Source: Azolla caroliniana (lineage: Eukaryota; Plantae; Polypodiophyta). From it: a stretch of DNA of 64,000 bases. A program made the translations under genes and the position numbers. Each line of letters begins with the position of its first letter. Within the stretch, counting starts at the first letter, position 1. The notes beneath the pieces were generated by a model, which saw only the letters and a program-made list of their open reading frames with translations, was not told the DNA's origin and searched no databases. The stretch covers positions 12,834,001-12,898,000 of the forward strand of contig JBHGNT010000007.1 in the NCBI GenBank assembly GCA_043228905.1. The letters are read 5' to 3'. Positions 57,854-64,000 of the stretch are shown one piece after another.

Positions 57854-60286
57854 TTTCCCAACCTGATGATGTATGGTTCGTGGACTCAGGTGCCTCAAAT
57901 CACATGACAAGTCATCAAGAATGGTTCATGAATTTGAGGGAACTCGAGAGACTTGGCGTGATGGAGATCGGTGATGACTCCACACACATGATTTAGCACA
58001 TTGGAGATGTGGCCCTTAACAATCACGACAACAAGGGCTACATGAAGGATGTACTCCATGTATCGACAATCACAAAGAATTTGGTCTCGGTTGGCCAAAT
58101 TGTCGAACAAGGAATGCAAGTACGATTCAACCAGGAAGGTTGCTTCATTGAGGATAAGGGCCAACTTATCGCTCATGCAAGAAGAGAAGGTCGCATGTTT
58201 ATTCTTGATGCGACTGAGGTGAACACAACAATGTATGCAGAGGGACTCAAGGCTGAGTCTGATATTAAGTTGTGGCACAAAAGGGTTGGCCATGTAAACC
58301 TCGGTAAACTGCGATCAATGCAAACAAAAGGGGCTGTGCACAGATTGCCACGATTTACTTACGAAACATCCTGATAAAGTATGTGAGGCGTGCCAACTAG
58401 GCAAGCAACATAGGCATCCATTCCTAAGTGAAAGAAATGTGAGTAAAGGCTTGCTGGACGTCATCCACTCAGATGTATGTGCCCAGCTCAAACAACGACA
58501 ATCGGTGGGTGTAGGTACTTCGTTACCTTCATTGATGACTATTCGTGGCATACTTGGATATGCCCGACGAAGTCGAAAACTGAGGTCTTCTCCCACTTTC
58601 TCAAGTTAAAGAATCACGTGGAAAATGAGATGAATCGCAATATTCGATGCTTACGGTCTGATGGTGGCCAAGAATACTTCTCAACCGAGTTCAAGGCCTT
58701 TCTAGAAGAGAAGGGGATTCGCCGGGAATTCTCTTGCCAGTACACACAACAAAACGGTCTTGCTGAGCGGAAGACGCACAATTCTTGAGATGGCCTGCAC
58801 CATGTTACATGAAAAGAACATGCCCAAGATCTATTGGGCAGAGGCAGCAGTTACGGCTGTGTATCTCATCAATAGGTGCACGACCCAAGGTGTCCATGAC
58901 ATCACCCCTCACAAGAAGTATTTTGGGACAAAGCCAGACCTTTCGCACTTGAAGGTTTTTGGCAGCATTGCATTTGTGCATGTACCCGATGAGAAGGGGA
59001 GAAAGCTTGACCCAAAATCGGAGAAGATGATCTTTGTCGGTTACTCACTTGAGCAAAAGGGTTATAAGTGTTTTAACCCTATCACTTGACAATCATGAGT
59101 AAGCTGAGATGTGGTATTTGATGAGGTGACATCATGGTATGGCCCAACATTAGTGACCCCCACTGTGCTCGAAACAAGTAGATCTGGAGCAGATTGTGAG
59201 AGCGAAGAAGAAGAGATGCTGACGACCATTATGGGTGGAGAACCAATAGAGAGTCTGCCTGCACTCCAGCTGACTGGACCTGAGGAGTCATCCAGCAATC
59301 AGAGTCTTGCACAACATGAAGAAACCTTTGATGTGGTGCTACACCCGTAGAAAGAAAAAAAGGGCAAGATGCCTGTGCAAGAGGCCAAAGACATGACATC
59401 TGGTGAAGACTCAGATCATTCACCTCGATCGGTCGACAACAAGTATGAAATGAATAAGGCCCTGGAGGTGACCAAAGGAAAACTCCGTCAATCGAACTGA
59501 CAAAAGAACCCGATAGTTAGGTTTGGGTACAATGAGTACATGGCTCACCACTATGCATTCATGATGAAGGTCGCAGTAGACCAAGATAACAATACTTGGG
59601 ATTTAGTCCCATCCTCTGAAATCAAGAAAAAGCCAATTGGTTGCCGCTGGGTGTTCAAGATAAAGCATAATATGGATGACATGGTCAATCGGTTCAAGGC
59701 TCGTCTAGTCACCAAAGGGTATGCTCAAACCCATGGCATAGACTATGAGGAGACATTTGCCCCGGTGGCAAAAATGACCACCATGAGGACGGTAATTGCA
59801 CTCGCAGCACGGATGCTGTTTGGGTGGGCAATGCATCTGATAGGCGAGCACTGAGGCGGAGTATAGGGCCACAATTGTAGCTGCTTTGGAAGCTGTATGG
59901 CTTAAAAGACTGTTGAAAGACTTCAAAGAATTGGTGAACAAGCCAATATTGATTCACTGCGATAATCTCAGCAGCATCCAGCTCGCAAAGAATCCGGTGT
60001 TTCATGTCCGGACTAAGCACATAGAGGTGCACTATCATTACATCCGTGAGCGCATATTGGTCGACGACATTGACCTCCAATACATTGGCACCAACATGCA
60101 AGTGGCTGATATTTTCACTAAGGCACTTGTCTCGACAAGCTACGGCAATTTTCAGAGGATCTAGGCCTTAGACCACTCAATATGATGAGCTTGGGGTGGA
60201 GTACAAGTACAAAGACGTAGAGGACGACTTTCCAAAGCCCGGAATTTTTGAAGTTAGAGATAAACCCGACCCTTTAAGTGGGAGTT

Positions 60287-60580
60287 TGTTGGGTACAAAG
60301 GTTCAAGAACTCTCCATTTGTACGTTAGGCCCCTTCGCACTATAGCGCTTTTAAGATCTCTGGGACATATTTGGGTCACTTGGACAGTGTGATTTGACTT
60401 AAGTGCCCTCAAATCACGTTGTAATAAAATAATATACCTTTACCCCTGAAACAGATTATTAAGGGACTCCAAAAACCTATGTATGTTTCTTCTCCTTCTT
60501 TGTTTTCTTTGCATCTCAGCTATTTTCTCTCTTGTCACTTTTTCTCCAAGTCTGTTAAACACAATTGGTAGCAACACACA
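60287..60580 (+). repeat. Possible copia LTR fragment
   Basis: PPT-like TTAAGTGGGAGTT followed by TGTTGGG; end and partner not identified. Confidence 0.35.
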
Positions 60581-60865
60581 CCTGTTGGTCTCCTCTTATA
60601 GCTAAATGGATAACTACTACATTATACTCAAGGGCCGTCATGAGAGAAAATGATCTCATTATGCATTCCTTAATTAGACTGAACTCGATACGTTTGGGTG
60701 CCTAAAGGCTAGATAAAGAGCCTTAGAATACACACTTGCAACCTTGCTTAATTTTGATAACTCTTTATTTGTGATAGCCAATTCAGAGCCAACACCCTTG
60801 ATAGAAAGATGTGATGGTGTGGTCAATTGCTCCAAAACACCAAGGGAGTGGGCTGCTGTGTGAGG

Positions 60866-62300
60866 AGAAAGAAAGAAGAAAGAAAGAAAGAAATATTAAC
60901 GTCTTTTAAGAGGCCAAAATGGCCTATAAGACCAAATAAGAGATTACATCTTAAGTGTTGTCTCGTCTTTGAGAACAAATCAAAATAAAATAAATATTCC
61001 ACAGTAAATATAAAAGTAAATAAGATGAAAAGAAAAGAAACGAGGGAATCTGGTTTTTGGCACACGTGAGATTCTCAAGTTAGGTATATTGTAGCTTTTG
61101 TCTTCGAAAGATCTCTAGCATAGGTCGATGCAGAATGGAAATGTCTCTGAAGCGAGGGAAGCCCCTATGATGGCTGGAGATAATGGCTTTTATCTGTCGA
61201 TAACAAAGGTGTCGAGGTCGTGGTCCATGGGGCTAGGGCCTACGTGCACGGCAAATTGTTATTGCCCGATCGATTGTAACCCCTTTGTTATGTCTTGGTT
61301 TGGAGCCCATTTGTGTATCCCATGATGGACTGGACTTGTAGCATTAGGAGTGATGGGGCTAAAGAAAGTTGTGATTGTTCTTTGTGGATGAGCTTGTGTG
61401 GCTGTATTCTTCAACAACTTTTCGCGATGTCTCTTGAGCTCTAGCAAGAAAAGTCCTAGGCATCGTTGGTCCTCATATTCGATTACCTTGTGTAGTGGGC
61501 CAAAACCTTGTTTAGAGAGGCAATGGTATCTCCCTGTGATTTCATAAAAGACACTACAATGACAAACATAGTGTTCCTCAGATTCCACTCCTTGATTACA
61601 CAATTGGCAAATTCTCTCTTCTAGAGGTAGTCGTGTATATCTGCCTACCTCAATCTGTAGCTGATGTGATGAAGTTCTTAGCTGCCCTATCACACTACGC
61701 AACGCATAGGATAGATGTATGTCCATATAAGGTGTCCTGATGATGAATCCATCCTCCAATGTATGTAAGAAGTGCGTCTTATAGTGGGCCATCTTTGTAC
61801 CAAGTGGTATTTTGGGGCTGATCCATGTTATCTTGTTTTCCAAGTTAATAATATCAGTCCGGATCACTCTATTCTTTTCCACTTTGGTTGTATTTTGGTG
61901 GGGACAGTCCAAGCTATATTGGAATGGCGGTAGTGCATTTATACTCATGCCATGTGACTCGAACCATTGCAAAGAAAGAAAGAAGCCAAAATGGCCTATA
62001 AGACCAAAGAAGAGATTACATCTTTAAGTGTTGTCTCGTCTTCGAGAACAACAAATCAAAATAAAATAAATATTCTTAGTAAATATAAAAGTAAATTGGA
62101 TAAAAAGGGACGAAATAATTTGGTTTTCGGCACATGTGAGATTTTTAAGTTAGATATATTATAACTTTTGTCTTTGAAAGATCTCTAGCATAGGTTGATC
62201 CAAAATGGAGAGGTCTTTGAAGCGAGGGAAGCACCTGCGATGGCAGGAGATAATGGCCTACTTGCGCAACAAATTGCGGTTGTCCGATCTATTGTAACCT
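60866..62300 (-). mobile_element. Two tandem 5'-truncated RTEX-like LINE copies (61970-60866 and ~62300-61971)
   Basis: ORF 61259-61972 has LRTSSHQLQIEVGRY..ERICQLC..VESEEHYVCHC (C-terminal Zn finger); duplicated 3' UTR; each copy ends in (TTTC)n. Confidence 0.8.
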
Positions 62301-62363
62301 CATAGAGAAAAGTGTGCAGAAAAATGAAGAGGAAACCCTAGCCGCTAAAAGTCCCTATCTCAT

Positions 62364-64000
62364 TGTTGAGAATGATTAAAAGTTATAACAGCTAGCCCAA
62401 CGGCTAGTTAACTCCAACAACTAGTTAGCCCAACAGCCAGATCTTGGCCTTTATAAAGAGGAACTTTCCCCTCATGTAAATATGAGTGATCTCTGTATTT
62501 TCTCCCTCCTGTTGTGACATACCAATTTATATTATTGAACAAATGTGGCTTCTCATTTTTTCTATTTGGTATCAGAGCATAGATCCGCCCCTCTGCAAAA
62601 CCTTAGATCAGCCCTCTGCAAAACCCTAGATCCACCCCTTTGTTGGTATGTCAACAATCGTAACAACACTGTCCTAGAATCCAAGAGAAGAAAGGGGGTT
62701 TTTCCTTTTGGGATGACATTGCAATGTGATTGAGAGGTGACTTGAGAAAAGAAGTCAGAAGAGGAGAGCAGAGATAGGCTAAGTTGAGAAGACGGATGAG
62801 GTGTTCTCAAAATTGAATGAGGATGAGGTGAAAACATTGGTGAAATACATGAAGCAGGCTGAGATTGTAGCATATGGAGGTCTGACAGGAACACAACCAC
62901 CACCTTGACTTGAACTCCTCCCAATTGAGTTCAAACTCGATGGACCAACCGCATACTTGAGTTGGTCGCATCGGATTACGGGTGCCTCGGCAAGGAGAAG
63001 CCTTGACGGCTACATAACGGGAGAAGAGAAAGAACCTCATGTTAAAATGAGTAGTGAATGGAAACCATGGAGAGCTACCCACATGTCTTTGTATATGTGG
63101 TGTCTCAACTCCATGGTTCCATCAATCGCCACAACTGTTGATGGAATTTTGAGTGTGAAGGAGATTTGGGAGAAATTGCAAAAGACGTATGCTGGGAGGG
63201 GAAATAACATGAGAGTATTTCAAATCGAGCAGGAGATAGATGCCGTCTGGCAGGGAGATAGGATGATTTAGGGATATGCCATAGAGCTGGAGCATCTATG
63301 GGCAGAATATGATCATTTCTTGCCTGTGACAATGTGCAATGATCCTCAATGTAAGAGCAAGGAAATTTCTGCTCAAAGAAAAACCATGCAATTTTTGAAA
63401 CATCTCAACCTGTCGTTTGATCAAAGAAGGGCAGTTCTTCTAGCCAAGGCCCAAATTCCCACGCTTGATGAGGCAATTGCGACTATGATATAGGAGGAGA
63501 GTAGAATGAAGTTGCTCTTTGACACCACCGAACTTCCAGGGGTATGATCGGTACTAATGGTGTCAAATTCAAGCGGAAGTGAAAATCGAAAATGCTACAA
63601 TTGTGGTGAAGCTGGTCATTTAAAGAATGTTTGCTCTAAACCATCTAAGGAGAGAGAATATGGAGAACGTGGACAAACTAGAGGTCGTGGTCGAGGGGGC
63701 TGAAGAGGTGGAAGAGGAGGTCACCAAGCAAACCTGATGGTAGCAAAAGAAGAGGAAGGAACTAAGGTGGTGTTCACGAAAGAGGATCAAGCTCTCTTAG
63801 AAATACTTAGGAGGAAGCAAAGAGCTGCAGATGATACTTCATTCATGTCAAGAGGTAATGTTGCCACCTAGGCTTATTCGGCTACAAGTACTAGCAACAC
63901 AAATACTCTTGCCTCTACACTAGAATGGATAATTGATTCTGGTGCATCTAGGCATGTGACAGGTAATGCTAGTGAATTCTCCTCGTATACCCACATAGCA
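62364..64000 (+). mobile_element. Ale/Retrofit-like copia 5' part (short ~200-bp LTR, iMet PBS 62567-62578, gag, protease start)
   Basis: TGTTGAG start; TGGTATCAGAGC; gag YLSWSHR..WCLNSM; Zn knuckle CYNCGEAGHLKNVC; WIIDSGASRHVTG. Confidence 0.88.

Larger units (their letters stand above)
52906..60195 (+). mobile_element. Ty1/copia element K in the intron (5' LTR 52906-53312, iMet PBS, gag, PR-INT, partly deleted RT-RH); hosts the PLE and LINE pieces
   Basis: TG...CA LTR followed by TGGTATCAGAGC; gag 53474-54180; WFVDSGASNHM at ~57870; LRSDGGQEY; KHIEVHYHYIRE; no 3' LTR seen. Confidence 0.88.

Overview
Eukaryotic land-plant genomic DNA, probably a fern or other seed-free vascular plant (inferred from the element families and the TE-filled intron). 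It is almost entirely nested, mostly decayed retroelements. (1) Ty3/gypsy elements of two lineages: an Athila/OTA-like family with a tRNA-Arg-like PBS, and a tRNA-Trp-primed family with 4-bp TSDs, including a non-autonomous member whose LTRs carry tRNA-like Pol III A/B-box units. (2) Several Ty1/copia elements and solo LTRs, nested up to five levels deep. (3) A Penelope-like retroelement with no C-terminal GIY-YIG, plus a non-coding relative; each carries a minimal hammerhead ribozyme. (4) 3' fragments of an RTEX-like LINE. (5) A 239-bp palindromic TG...CA insertion with a 5-bp TSD. The only host gene seen is the first two exons of a GPA3-like kelch-repeat gene (51751-52249), whose second intron appears to span the rest of the window. 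All calls were made by eye; no database searches were run.
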